NCBI RefSeq assembly: GCF_036321535.1 | Contig: NC_087436.1 | Coordinates: 27,096,001-27,160,000 of the forward strand | Direction: 5' to 3' | DNA from: Camelus dromedarius | Lineage: Eukaryota | Length of the DNA stretch: 64,000 nucleotides | Part shown: positions 1-13,680 of the stretch, piece by piece | How positions within the stretch are numbered: position 1 is the stretch's first letter | Layout of the letters: each line of letters starts with the position of its first letter | Made by a program: the position numbers and the translations under genes | The notes under the pieces: model-generated | What the model was told of the DNA's origin: nothing | The model's input: only the letters and a program-made list of their open reading frames with translations | The model's database searches: none

Positions 1-1869
1 TCATATCAAGCCTCATTGGTGACATATTTGTTACTCCAAAAGAATGCAAATATTGGAAAGTTAAGGCACTGTGAATAGTTCCCAGATAACTGTCATATCT
101 CCCAATGAGCAGGTATCTGGCACTGACAATGTTTCATTAGCTCCTTAAATTATATCAAGAGCCTGCTAAGCACTCTACATCATCAAGGGGTAGAAGATTT
201 TCAAAAAGCTATTGTATGTCAGTGCTGTACTGGACTATAAAATAAGAAGATACAGTTGATGGATAGAGGAGAAATTAAAAACATATGTATACCTCAAGTC
301 TCAGGAAACTTTGCATTAAAAGTTAATATTTAATATTATACGAAAAATAAGGATTTGAGGGCATTGGGCATGTTAAGTATATATGGCATTTAATTTTAAA
401 TATCAAATAAAAATTTAATTGCTTAAAATATTTTGCAATCCTGAATAAACAATGAACATGAAAATGCCATATCCTAGAGTTACATATTTTTTGTATTTGA
501 TGTCATAGTATCTCATGCTTGTAAATTCCAAAGGAGTATTTTGACTCCTGAAAAAGTCTCAAATTTCTATTAGGGACATTATTTTCTCTTATTCATGAAT
601 CCTGCCTTAATCTATTATGAATATCAAAAAAGAAAAGAAAATGATAGCTCAGTAGGAAATGAAAACTCTCCTTGTGTACATTTCCCAGTAATTTCTTAAT
701 TTTTCTCAAATCATTGGTATGTAAAGAAAGATTGTTAGGGGAATGAAGTGTCTTTGCCAACAGAGATTATAACTTTAATACACATAAAAAGTCTATCTTG
801 ATGTCTGCTATGCCACCATGAGTATTGAGGTCTATGCTGTTTGAAAGGTGATGCATGTCATATCATTTTACTTGAGTAATATGTTTCCTATTTAAATAAC
901 ACACAATAAAATTAAAAATGGTGGGAAGTGAAGTCATAAATAATATTTTTAAAGTCTGTGTATCATAATGAAGTGATGTATTCTTTGGTCAGATTCTGCA
1001 CATTATAGAAATGGAATTTTTGATAAAGAAGGAAATTTAGAGCAACTTCTATAGAAGCCCTTTGCTATACTCTGCTTGATTATATTCACCTGTTTATATA
1101 TTTGGTTAATACTATTTGAAGACCTGCTTTGTACCAGGCCCTGTTCTAGGCACTAACTACATTAGTGAAACAAAACAAAGACCCTGCCCTTTTGGAACTT
1201 ACATTTGAGAATGGAGGGAAAAAAGAATATTAGGCATGCAGCAGACAGCACTACTGCTGAGCTGTGTGGGAAGGGGCATACAGGTACGTACGTATTAGAA
1301 TACATCAAATATTTCTAGTACTACTTAGATATTATGACACATTCAGAAAGCAGGTAAGACATTCTCTATCCTCATGACTTTGTAACATAAAAGGGGTACA
1401 AAAGAGTAACTTCTCAATGAGTTTAACTAGTCAGTAAAACAATGTCTGACAATTATTTGTAAATGTCCTAGTTTGATTTGGTGTAAGATATGCTCTCTCT
1501 ATCACTTTTTAATAATTTGTTTTTAATACAGTCATTAACATTAACATTTTAAATATCTGTCCATATTCTTATAAAGCAAAAATTAGCAATACATTTCTTC
1601 TCAGCAGATTCAAAACGATCAAATTGTTGAGAGAGTAATATATAGTTAATTGCTACTAAAAAATACATTGATGAGGATTCTGTGACTGGCATCAGAGAAA
1701 AAGGCAAAAAAGTATGCTACAAACTTCAGAATAAAAAGCATCGTCTTTAATGAAGCATTTTATATAAGAATCATATTCTTGTTCAACACTCTGCTCACTC
1801 TTGGATCATATTTCCTGTGTTAAACTTTTCTGCTTTGTTTATTTGCATAGGGTACTTCTGTATTATTAT

Positions 1870-2050
1870 TCCAAAAATTCTCAACCTTAGCTGCACATTA
1901 GATATTTCCTTGGGGTTAATTTTTAAAACATATGGAAGAAGATTCTCCACATGTGATTCTCTTTTGTAGACCTGGGTCAGTCCTATGTATAGGTGCATTT
2001 CCAAACCTCCCCAGGTGATTAAAACGTGCATCTGGGTCTGAGAACCATCA
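1870..2050. mobile_element. MER5-like hAT-Charlie MITE remnant
   Basis: TCTCAACCTTAGCTGCACATTAGA...CTCCCCAGGTGATT...TGAGAACCA resembles the MER5A/B consensus; boundaries approximate. Confidence 0.7.
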
Positions 2051-2319
2051 GTCCTCTCATTTTCTACTGTTCATTTTTCTCTTCAGTCTTCTCTGTCAGT
2101 TTTTAGTCATCATAATCGTACCAATTCTTTATTGTGTTCTACTTAATTTGACTCCTCCCGTAATTCAACATTAGCATTTATTTTGAGTTTTCCAAGAGTT
2201 TTAAAATATAATTGGTCAATTTGTATGATTGATAAAACATTCAAACTTGTGATTAGGTAAATAAACACCAAAACGTGACTATGACTGTACTCTGGTTATC
2301 CAAGTTTTGTCTGAGTGAT

Positions 2320-2790
2320 CTCTTAGGGGTCCTTGAGATCCTTTTAGAGGGTCATCAAGATCAAAATTATTTATTGTAATAGCAAGATAGACATATATAC
2401 CTTTTTAACTCAGATTCTCTCATGAACTTTCTAGAAACTGTAACTTTTTAAAAAATTTCAGATACAGTTTAATTTATTGTATACATTACGGAACATTTTC
2501 AAATTAAAACAGTATTATCATAACTTCCACCATATTCCAGAAATGTATCCTGAGAAAAATGATTGGTATATGATGTCTTCTATCACAACCAGTTGAATGC
2601 AGAACCAGAGGTGAGGATGCAGCTGTCTCCTAATACATCAGACGTTAAAGGTATTTGCAGAAAAGTACAATAATATCCCATTGCTCACTGAACATATTTT
2701 ATTTGGGAAAATATAGCTAATTTTCATAAATGTTATATTATTTTTATTAACATATAATGAGTTTATTATTGTTATTGTTAAATGAAATTA
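2320..2790. mobile_element. Charlie1-like hAT DNA transposon fragment
   Basis: GGGGTCCTTGAGATCCTTTTAGAGGGTC and TTGAATGCAGAACCAGAGGTGAGGATGCAGCTGTCTCCTAA...CAGAC resemble the Charlie1 internal consensus. Confidence 0.55.
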
Positions 2791-3344
2791 CATACCTTTA
2801 CATGCGGAGAAGATGGTTCTGATTTCTGATAAATGTTGGTATCACTCCTATCTGAATTCCCACTACTCAAATTATAAGCACTCACTTGCCTGCCTTGCTA
2901 AGTAATTTTACTAATTTTATCTTTTCTACCATTGCCACTCACAATTAACCAACTAACTCAAAATATCAAAAAAGTATTAAACATTATAAATATATTAAAT
3001 ACATATTTTTAAAAAGGAATCTCGTTTACATCTACAGCACTGAGACTTCCTAAGGTTATAATTTGAGGCATTAAACATAATAAACATAAAGAATTATGTT
3101 GTAAGTGACTTTTGCAACAGGAAGTGTTGAGAAGTGAGGCAATGGTATACCTTTTATTCTTACCTTTTAAGAATTCATATTTAGTCAGTCATAGACATCA
3201 ACAGAATTTAGTGTTAATGCGGACTGTTGTGAGCATTGCCTACTTCATCATCCTCAAATTATAAAAGTCAGAATTAGAACTGTGAAGTCAGCAAAATCTC
3301 AATTGAATTTTGAGAGTACTGTGGCTTCAAAAATTGATAAGTAA

Positions 3345-3555
3345 TGTACAAACCCATGAGTAAACCCTATGGGAAACTGCAGACTTTGAATAATTATGTG
3401 TCAATATAGGTTCATCAATTGTAATAAATGTACCACTCTGGCCACTGATAATGCGAGAAACTATGCATGTGTTAAGTCAGCTTGTATATGGGAAATATCT
3501 GTACTTTCCTCTCAATTTTAATATCAAGCTAAAACTGCTATAACAATAATATTTT
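3345..3555 (+). mobile_element. Old L1 (L1MC-like) 3' UTR fragment
   Basis: GGTTCATCAATTGTAATAAATGTACCACTCTGG...TATATGGGAAATATCTGTACTTTCCTCTCAATTTT...CTAAAACTGCT is a typical L1MC 3' end. Confidence 0.75.
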
Positions 3556-6500
3556 TAAATGGATAATTAAACAATAACTTTGGTGATAATGAAATAATCT
3601 TACTTTCTTGAAAAGATCTTATTTTCTCTTTTCATTGAGGTTTCTATTACATTCAGTAAAAATTATTTTAATTGAAAGTTCCACAAAGTTTGCTAATATC
3701 TCAAGAATATTGCCATAGGTAATTATATACATTTAACAAAATCAACCTAAGAAAATGCAGATTTCATAAACTTACCAATGTTCCTTATTCATAAAATACT
3801 AAAATATATAAATAAAAACACATCTGACTCAGAGTTAATAGGTACTGATTTTTGTCTTTGAATAGAATATTGCTTCCACCTTAAGATCAAAATAATGTGA
3901 AATATTTCAAGAAAGCTCATACATGACATGGAACCTCAATTCCTTTACATTGAATATGACATTGTTGAATATACTAAAGAATCTGCCAGTTACCTTTCTT
4001 TGAAATATGAATTGCACCAAAGAATGAAAGCATTACTAACATTGAATAAAATTTCTATCCAAAATTCCATGAAGCAGAGAGAAGTAATTCCACTCAGTCA
4101 ATGAATTATGATACAGAAAGAGGCAAGGAAATGATGCCCAAACTGAGATCAATCATCAGGAAGATGCAATTGAACAGAATCTGTTAATAAACGAAGTTAA
4201 CCACTTTGCTTCCCCATATGTGCTCCCAGTCAGGTCAGTAAAGAATTGCGTTTTATCTTTGCTCCATGGGACTTCAGAAAGTGGCTTTGTGTTACTCTGT
4301 TTTCTACCATAATATGGTAAAATTAAAAGTATCACAACAAGTTTACTTGAATCTTTGTCAGATGAATGTGAGGCAGATGGGGCATGTTCTGTTAGCCTGA
4401 TTTTACTGACAGTGAAATCAAGAAACAAGAAGTTTAAATCCCTTGGTAAAAGTCACGTGACTAGGAAATGTAGTGTTAAGACTAGAGCTCGAGTGTTTAT
4501 TCTGTGATCTTTAAAAAAATGTTTTCAATGGTAAGTTGTATGAAGGCACTTAGCATTTACTGGGTGCATACTTCATGACAATCTTCACAGTGCCCTAAGT
4601 CACCTACAGTTGCTCAGTAGTTTCTATCTCACAGAAATTCTATGTACAAATGAGAAAACTGAAGGACAAGGCTCAAAGCTACTAAGTGTTAGTAGGTGTT
4701 AGACGTGACAAGGTGGTATCATCTAACGGGCAATTGGGAGGAATACATTCTGAACAACAAAATCAAAACACTCTTAAAAGAGCATAAATTCTAAGATGAT
4801 AAAACATTAAAAGGATGCAAATAATCTTAATGGAAAAATAGATGGTAATATAAGGAAATGCAGGCATAAAGTACAAATTCTGAAAGCAATTTTTTTCATT
4901 CATGTTGTATATTGTAAAAGTATTTGGTTTTTAGTTTCTCTTTTCTCTCCATCCTTTCCATCTTCCCCTGCTCTCCTCTTCACTACGTGTTAGTTTCTCC
5001 AGTACTTCAGTAGCTAAGGACACTAATTGTTATCTCAATTAATTGCTTATTCCAAATAGAAATTTAATAAATAGGTAAAATGAGGTTTGAAAATTTGGCA
5101 TTATTTCTCTCACAATTTAATTAATGTATTTGTTAAATAGCTATTTATTCAAGGCATTATGCTAGACACTATAAGTAAATGGAAGTGGGCCTTCCTCTAA
5201 GTCTATTAAGTATAAGTGTAAAAGTCAGTTTTTACCTCTAAGTTTATTTAACTTTGTGATTATTTCCCTATTTCACTTTTATTTCCCACTTTCCTTATTT
5301 CCCTCCATAAACTTTTTGTGATTTCTTTTTATGATGTTCTATAAAGGATAATGTTGTATCAAGGCATGCACTATGCCCTGTGACTTCAGTTTTATGGAGA
5401 GGTATTAGAAAATGTTTGATGTTTCATTCAGATCAGTATGTTTTTTTAAATATTTATCAAAAAGTAGAAGTTATATCTGGGTATAAAATCTTGGGAATGG
5501 GTAGGAGGTTTTGTTTGTTTGTTTTAAGGTGACAATGTACATTAAATCTAAATTAGTACCCTTGGAGAACAAGGTAGAAAAGTCAAAGGCAAAAATAGTA
5601 AGTTAATGATTCATTGTTTAAAGATAACAAAATTCTTCATAAATAAAGGTGCAGAGTTTTTATGTCTAATTCTATCTCAATCATTAGGAAAGTTTTCAAA
5701 AATATAAATTTGTTAAAAACAAATTATCCCTTGATATGAGCTAAAATACTCTTTTTATGAAATAATGATCTTATACTGTATATAACAATTTATATGAGTA
5801 AAATAAAACGTGATCATTGCAACTTAGCTATAAGAAATTTAGCATGTTTTACAATACATAAAAAGCAAATTGATTTTGATATATTATTTTAATATAATTT
5901 TTAAAATATGAGTTTTTAGAATCCAGTTTGTATATGAATAAGAAAATTAAAAATTTATAAACATTATTATAGATTAATGCATTAAGGAAAAAATATTTCC
6001 TGCATCCTTGAAGTAGCACTCTCTTCTGGCATTTGTCTCCACTACCTTTCCCCCGACTCTTCACTAAAGCAGTGTCTTTCAGATTTTGAGTTGCCATCCA
6101 CAGGCTATGAAATCAATTTAGTTGGTTATTATATAGAAATGAAGTGAATAGGAAAGAAACTTCAAGAATGAAACACAGATGTAGTTTTAGTTTTTAGTGT
6201 GTTTCCTTTGATATTTTTGTAAGTGTGTGTCTGTATTCTGGGTTGTGATGTATAATCTTTTTCTTACTGATAGTACAAGTTTTTAAAAAAGTTTGAAAAT
6301 CACTAATCTTGAATCTGAAAAATCTTCTTGTCTTTCTTATTCTGCAAAACATTTGTGATCAATTTTCAGTGAAAATCCCTCATTCTTTCATCCACTCTAA
6401 TCCTCTCTGCTGAATTCCTGAATCAACCACTGTAGGATTAGAAACAAACTTCAGTGCTCTCTCTTATTCCTCTCAAACAGGGAGCCCAGGCTTCCAGGGT

Positions 6501-8711
6501 CGAAAGAAAGACACAAAATATGCCTTGGTCCCTCCAACTGCTTGCTCACAGAGAATAAAGGTCTCATTCTATTCTGGATCTCACTTTCTTCACCTTTTTT
6601 TTTTCCTCTTGAGAGTATGGGGAAGGTTATGTACCACTCTCCGTAAGCAACATTTCCCAGTTATCCGCTTGAAGATAATCCCTGTGGTGATCTTTTTAAA
6701 GAAATTCCCACAATTAAGCATGATAGTTGCTTTTGCTTAGAGCATTCCTTTTCACAATTTACATGGCACATTGTTTCTAAACAGGTGAGAATTATGATAT
6801 AAAATATTCCACCAACCGCACCCCATGCCCTCCAGGCAGAAGGTGTGAGATAAAAGTGGAAGGGGTGTACCATCCCATTTGGTTTTGGAGGCATGGTAAA
6901 AAAAAAAAAAAAAAAAGACAAAATGAAATACAAAGTGAAACTGTAGCAAGAAATTGAAGTGGAAAAGTGCAGTCCTGGCTATGATTGAAAGATCAATAGC
7001 ATTCTTCCAAGAAAATGTAGAATCCATTCCATATATGAGCTGAGTTGAAAACAGATCTCTCTCTCATTGAAAACCACACCCTCAGAACATTCTGTAGACA
7101 GATACCAGTAAGTACAATGATTAAATTTCAGTTGTAACTATATATTACTTGAAAGTAAGGATTTTAATGTGATTTTTTTTATATCAGAAAAACAAAACAA
7201 ATAATAGTAATTAATGGGTGATATTCACCCATTATTACCTCTTCTGTACATTGTCTATGTGGGATTCTTCTATTTAATCTAAGTCCCATTAGTTTGAAAA
7301 ATAAGTATGCAGCTATAAGTTGTGTATCAATTTCAAATCACAATTTTTTTCCTGCTGAGTTTAAAAAAAAAAAACAGTAAACAGAAGCACAGTGAAAAGA
7401 AGACTATGACAAAAAGAGAGAGAGAGAGAAAATCTCTCTGGTATTTTGTCAGCTTGGCATTCAGTAATCCTTAGGGGAAACTTGACTTCTGAGTTCAACT
7501 TAATAGAAAAGCCCCTATGAACCCTGTCATGGGAATAACTATTACTGATTTTGACACAAGTGTAGACAAGTGGGATCATTGCAGCAGAAAATCCTATAGC
7601 AATAAACTGAAATTTTTCTTGACGTAAGAAATCTAAGTTTGGTGATTATCAATTAGGCAGCTAGAAAAAGCTGATGGGACAGTAAGCTTGAAGTGTAATT
7701 CTCCTTAGTGTGAAGGAGATGGAAAAATATTTCATTCCTGGTGAACGATTTGAATCATACATAAGAGCAATTATTATTAGACTACTCAGATTATTATTTC
7801 AGCTTACTAGAATAGTCATTTGTGTGATATAGTACACATGAATTGGAAAAAAATCAATGTGTTATATATATTTAAAAACATGATGTTACATCTGGGCAAT
7901 ATATTGTAAAACAATAAACAATAAAACAATTCTTTACAATAGTTTTAAGCAATGTTAATGGTACAGATAACCACCCTAGAGCCTATAGACTAGTTTAAAA
8001 AAATTCTTCTAAGTGTGAGGAAATTAAAATATTGAAAATACTGGCTTGTGATACAAATAGGCAATGATCAAATTATCAATCCCCTCTAATACCTAAAATA
8101 GAGGAAAACAACATCATGCTAAGATCTACGTGGACAAAATAAACTGCTTACGTGTTAATTTTTCACACTACCAGCAATTTGAAAGCAAATTTCTAGACTT
8201 AACAGGTCTTACTCTGTTAAGAATGAAAAGGTCTAAACCCTACATATAAGCTAATAAGTTAGCCCAGGATAATGGATGCTATAGAAGACTTGAGACATCA
8301 GGTCAAAGGAAAAAGAGTTTTATCACTTGCAGCAATACCAGGAGCTATAGAGTCAGCAATTTCCTAAATGGCACCAATTTTCTGTGCCCCAGTATCCACA
8401 GAATGACACCATAATTGCCAGTTGACACCTGCACATACAGTCAGTTGCAGTACAGTAGAGGGACTCAAAGCAAGTATGTGGCCCATGGCTTCAAAAGAAG
8501 ACACTCTATTGCAAGGCTGTTCACCATATATACATTATTGAAAAGACAGGCAAAAAAAATGCTCAGTCCACCTTCTGTTCACAAAGTGTACAGAACTCTG
8601 GAGACCCATTTTATTCACTAGTGTATTGTTTGTGTTGAATAATAGAAATTCCACCTTTTATATGTCCAGTTCTAAAATTTTACTATTTCTTTACTTTGCC
8701 TTGTGTTACAT

Positions 8712-8935
8712 CAGTAGATCTCAACCTTTTTTCATTGTCATTCACTCTCAAGCTGCCTCTTAAGATATTTTTTATTAACATAATCTCATCAAATTTTAAT
8801 GCCAAGGATATACTGTGCAACTGCTTGTGTATTTATATGTGTATTTCTGCTTTCTGCATAAAGAGAATAAATTTTTTTACACCTGGACACCCAGTTTTAC
8901 TTCCTTGTAGGTGATATTATCTCTCAAGGATGCAC
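8712..8935. mobile_element. MER96B-like hAT MITE remnant
   Basis: TCTCAACCTTTTTTCATTGTC...AAATTTTAATGCCAAGGATATACTGTG...CATAAAGAGAATAAATTTTTTT resembles MER96B. Confidence 0.55.
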
Positions 8936-10849
8936 ATGTTGCACTAATAAAAATTAATGCTTACATTGTGTCCCACTAATAAAAACTAATGATCAACATT
9001 AAAGGGAATTTCTATTCAATTCTATGTAAATTCTAATCCTTAACCTAACAATTTTTATAGTTTATTCATGAGGAATTTCTGTAAAGGCAATAAAGAAAAT
9101 ATATTGTTTCACTGACTCCTGACAATTACTATTCCAGTTACAGAATATTATTATCATTATTTAACAGATGAAGAAAATGAGGGACAGTTTCCATATTTTC
9201 TATTTCCTCACCCCTAATAAGTTGGTAAGTGAGAGGTAGTAGGATCTAAGCCAGAAAGGCTGGTCCGTATCCCATAATCCCTATATTACATAATTGATCA
9301 CCTAAACACAATGTATTAATTATATTTTGTCATACCCATGCTAAATCTCAATCTGATACAGCTTCCGACAAAAATAAAAGTGATTTTACTCGTGTAAAAT
9401 TTATTTTAGGGAAGATGAAAGGGTAAATAAAAACCTACAAAGATTAAGTGAAAAGGCAAAAGAGGAGCAAAGTTCAACTTTATCGGCTTTAGCATCAAAT
9501 TATTTTTCAAATTATGTAGCATGCTATGTCATATCTGAGTTCCTCCTTTCCCTTAGAAGGGAAGCTTTTTGATAAAATTTTCTCTAGGCCTTTTTCTACC
9601 ATTGGTGCATCCTTTTCAAGAGTCCACCTCTCTTCGCAGATAATGCCATTGTTCCTTGAACAGTATTCTGTGTGTTTCTTAACCTCAAAATGTTACCAAG
9701 AAAACAATTCTGACTAGATGTTATTATATACTTTGAAAAAGAGAGAAATCATTTAAAATCTTTGACAGTTTTCCAATTAATTTCAACCTTTCAAAAATTT
9801 TCTAAATTTTCCAAAGCCTTTCAGTATCTTTGTTTAGAAAGACTAACCCATCAAAAAATGAACATAGCCAGCATGAACATTTACAGCTTAGCAATATTTT
9901 TTCTACTCATAAATATCTGAAACTAAAATAAATAGAAATCTGTATTATTGAGACATTATTATATGGGGAAAAAAAGGCCATGAAAGTTTTTTCCTTTGAG
10001 ATCCATGAGATGTACATAGAAATTTTTCACACGTCTCTAATAATGGTTGTTTACTCTTTTCTTCCAACTTGATTTTCATGAGTATAAAAAAAAATGAGAA
10101 AAGAGGCATAAAAGAAACAGTTTAAACAAAGAATCAGCATAGGGAAAGATAAAAAAGCCGTGGAGAAAAATCTGACAGGAACTACTGTTAAAAAGTGTCT
10201 AAGCTGTCAGAGCTGACAGGGTTGAGAATCCCCACAGAGTACTGTATCCTCAGGAATGTCTAATAAAGGTGATGCTGTTGGGCCTATCAAGATTGTTGGG
10301 CTTTTTCCTATGGCAATAAGCCTAGTTAATGCACCTTTTTAAACCATGCATTGACTTTATTTTAATAAATTATGAAAGGTATTATACATATGAAATATGG
10401 TATATAGTACCTATGTACAAGGAGAGAATACAAATAAATACTAAGTCGCTCATCACTCAGCTGAGGAAATAGAATATGATCAATATCTTTGAAGTCCTTT
10501 ATGTTTACTAGACCCTTCTAAAGTAATATATTAGGAAGATTACTGTAGAAAAAGGGTCATAGCATTTGTCAGTCTAATGCTATCTAAATCTATTATTTAC
10601 TTAAAAATCTCAAGGTCACAGGTCTGGAATTGAAGTAAGGCAGTAAAAATAAATCTTTAAAAGGTATGACAAACCATTTGATAGATGGTATGTAATGATT
10701 CAATAAACCGCAAGATGAAGATTCTAAGACAGCATGGAATTATTGTGTCGTCGGACCATACTTTGTATATGAAATATAACTCTTGGTTAATCAAAAGAGA
10801 GACAAGTGTTATATCCTACAAGCATAGCTCTTGTGACACCATATTTAGT

Positions 10850-11143
10850 AGAAGAAGGCATTGAAGATCAAACAAAAGAGGAGAAGATGATGTGAAGATG
10901 GAGGCAGAGGTTGGAATGATGCAGCCACAAGGCAAGAATTGCCAGCAGAAGTTGGAAGAGGCAAGAACAGTTTCTCCCCTAGAGCCTCCAGATCAAGTGC
11001 GATCCCACCAACACGTTAATTTTGGCCCATTGACACTCATTCTGGACTTGTGCACTACAGGACTGGGAGGTAATATGTTTCTATTGTCTTTAAGCCACCC
11101 TGTTTGTGGTAATTTGTTACAGAAGCTACAAGAAACTAAAGCA
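10850..11143 (+). mobile_element. MaLR LTR 3' half (MLT1B/C-like)
   Basis: GTGAAGATGGAGGCAGAGGTTGGAATGATGCAGCCACAAG...TTCTCCCCTAGAGCCTCCAGA...TAAGCCACCCTGTTTGTGGTAATTTGTTACAG. Confidence 0.85.
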
Positions 11144-12111
11144 CATTTTGGCATTGATTAGAGATGCAGAACATGGCAGAAATCTGTGTTGTTTCCATCT
11201 GATATATTCAGGGTGCAGAAGACTGCTAATTAAGAGAACTGGTTAGAAGCATTTTTTCCCCCTAATAAAGCATGTATTATGTTTGTCCTATAGAAACTAA
11301 GAGTCAAAATCTAGTTACATTTGATGGTAACCAAGCACCTTGTTCATTATAATAGGCATATTCTATCACATATCAGAAAGATTACCCAGAGGGAGTGGAT
11401 TTATGCATAAAATTTCAGATTTTGAAACTGAAGTCTCAAGTCATTCTGACAAGGGAGAAATTTTGAGGCTTCGTTGCTATGGAAATATCTCATGGACAAG
11501 TATCAAAAAGTTAAGCATTTTGATCATTGTCAAAAACCCTTCAAATAGATGAGAGTTAATAAAGCCAGTTGAAGCTGATAGCAAAGGAGTAATTTAGGTA
11601 AGAAACAATTAACGTTATTGTTTGAAAGATTACTTGTCTTGTAATTTGCCCAGATTGAACAATGTGAGAACCCAAAACAGACTTGCTAATAATACATGGA
11701 CTTGAGAGCTTAGTCAGGAAACAACATATACCGGAAAGCAGGTAACTTTAGAGTGATTAAATTCAGACACTGGATGAAGCTGATTGGAAAGGGAAAAGGT
11801 AGGGAGACTTGGGAGAGACTTTCTACATGACTGTATAAGACACACAGCACCAACTGGATGGACACCTACCAAGAACTGTAAGTTACTGCTTGCTCCATCC
11901 TTCAGACCTAAGGTATCTTCTTGGTCAACTATAAATAAAAGTATGTTTTGACTTGATTGATTAAACCTATTACTCTTTCCTGACAATCTAGGCATAAAGG
12001 AATGTTCACAGTACATTTGAGTCTAACACCTCCTGATAGAGAATCTGATTTAAATCCTTAATTTTCAAGACTACCATGTTCATATATTATATCTTGCTCT
12101 AAATTTGTTTT

Positions 12112-13030
12112 ATTGAAGTATAGTCAGTTATAATGTGTCAATTTCTGTTGTACAGCAAAATGTCTCAGTCATGTATATATATGCACATATACTCATTTTC
12201 ATATTCTTTTTCATTAAAAGTTATTACAAGATATTGAATGTAGTTCCCTGTGCTATGCAGAAGAAATTTGTTTTTTATCTATTTTACATATGGTGGGTAA
12301 TATGTACAAATCTGAAACTTCTAAATTCATCCCTTCCTACCTCCTTACCCCCTGTAAACATAAGATTGTTTTCTATGTCTGCAAGTCCAATGAAGACATA
12401 CAAATGACCAATATGCACATGAAAAAATGCTCAATATTGCTAATTATCAGACAAATGCAAAACAAAACTACAATGAGGTATCACCTCACACCAGTCAGAA
12501 TGGCCGTCATTCAAAAGTCCAGAAACGCTGGAGAGGGTGTGGAGAAAAGGAAACCCTCCTATGTGGTTGGTAGGAATGTAGTTTGGTGCAGCCATTATGA
12601 AAAACAGTATGGAGATTCCTCAAAAGACTAAAAATAGACTGACCATAAGATCCAGCAATCTCACTCCTGGGCATACATCTGGAGGGAACTCTAATTTGAA
12701 AAGATACATGCACCCCAATGTTCATAGCAGCCTTATATACAATAGCCAAGACATGGAAGCAACCTACATGTCCAATGACAGATGACTGGATAAGGATGTT
12801 GTGGTATATATATACAATGGAATACTACTCAGCAATAAAAAAGAATAAAGTAATACCATTTGCAGCAACACGGATGGACCTGGAGATCATTCTAAGTGAA
12901 GTAAGCCAGAAAGAGAAAGAAAACTACCATATGATAACACTCATATACGGAATCTAAAAAAAAAAAAAAAGAAGAAGAAGAAGAAAAAAGAGGACACTAA
13001 ATGAACTCATCTACAAAACAGAAACAGACT
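12112..13030 (-). mobile_element. 5'-truncated L1 with 5' inversion (3' UTR on minus strand 12112-12381; ORF2 C-terminus and proximal 3' UTR on plus strand ~12386-13030)
   Basis: ORF2 C-terminal peptides on + ([48 protein letters not shown]); L1 3' end on -; duplicated TAAATTTGTTTT at 12100-12111 and 13032-13043. Confidence 0.93.
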
Positions 13031-13129
13031 TTAAATTTGTTTTTTAATAGTGAATTTTCTACACTTCTTAAAGTGACAAACTTACTCCAAAGAGGATGAT
13101 ATATATTTATTTACTTAGTGATCTATTGA

Positions 13130-13680
13130 ATAAATATTTAATAGGCGACTTTTATTCAACAAGCACTCCTGGAGCTGACATTCTAACATATCTTTGCAAA
13201 ACAGAAATATACAAATAATGTATATATTATATTTGTGTATGTTAAATATACAAATAATATAATATATCAGATGCAGATAAATGTGACAGAGGAAAAGAAA
13301 GTAGGTAAGAGTAATGATGACATGGTGATGGGTGTGGATGGGCAGGCTGCTCTTTTAAAAGGGGTGCAGAGGAAATTTCTCCCTCAGGAGGTAATATTTG
13401 AGTCTGTCCCAAGGGCAATGAGTTAGTCAGCCTAGCTACTCCCCAAGAGGAGCATTCCAGCCAGGGAAGTGCAGTTGAAAGGACATCTGGTGACAGAGGA
13501 CTGGGTTTAGAGGGACTGCAGGGAGGACATGGGTTGGACTGGAGTGAGCAAGTGAGAAGAGGTAGCAGATTAAATCAGAAGTGCAGGAGGTAGTGCCTGT
13601 GAACATTGTAGGGCTTTGGCTTTGATGCTGAATGAGATTCACTAGTGCAATATTTGAATAAGGAATGATATTATGTAACC
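13130..13680 (+). mobile_element. L2 LINE remnant
   Basis: GAGCATTCCAGCCAGGGAAGTGCAG...GGACTGGAGTGAGCAAG...ATTGTAGGGC...TTTGGCTTTGATGCTGAATGAGAT resembles the L2 3' region; strand as commonly read, may be the complement of the consensus. Confidence 0.65.

Noticed and set aside
6840..6920. Long A-run as the tail of a processed pseudogene
   Set aside because: No upstream polyadenylation signal at the expected distance, no TSD, and no recognisable transcript body
8215..8600. Possible old LTR
   Set aside because: Composition is LTR-like, but I could not fix termini, TSD or family
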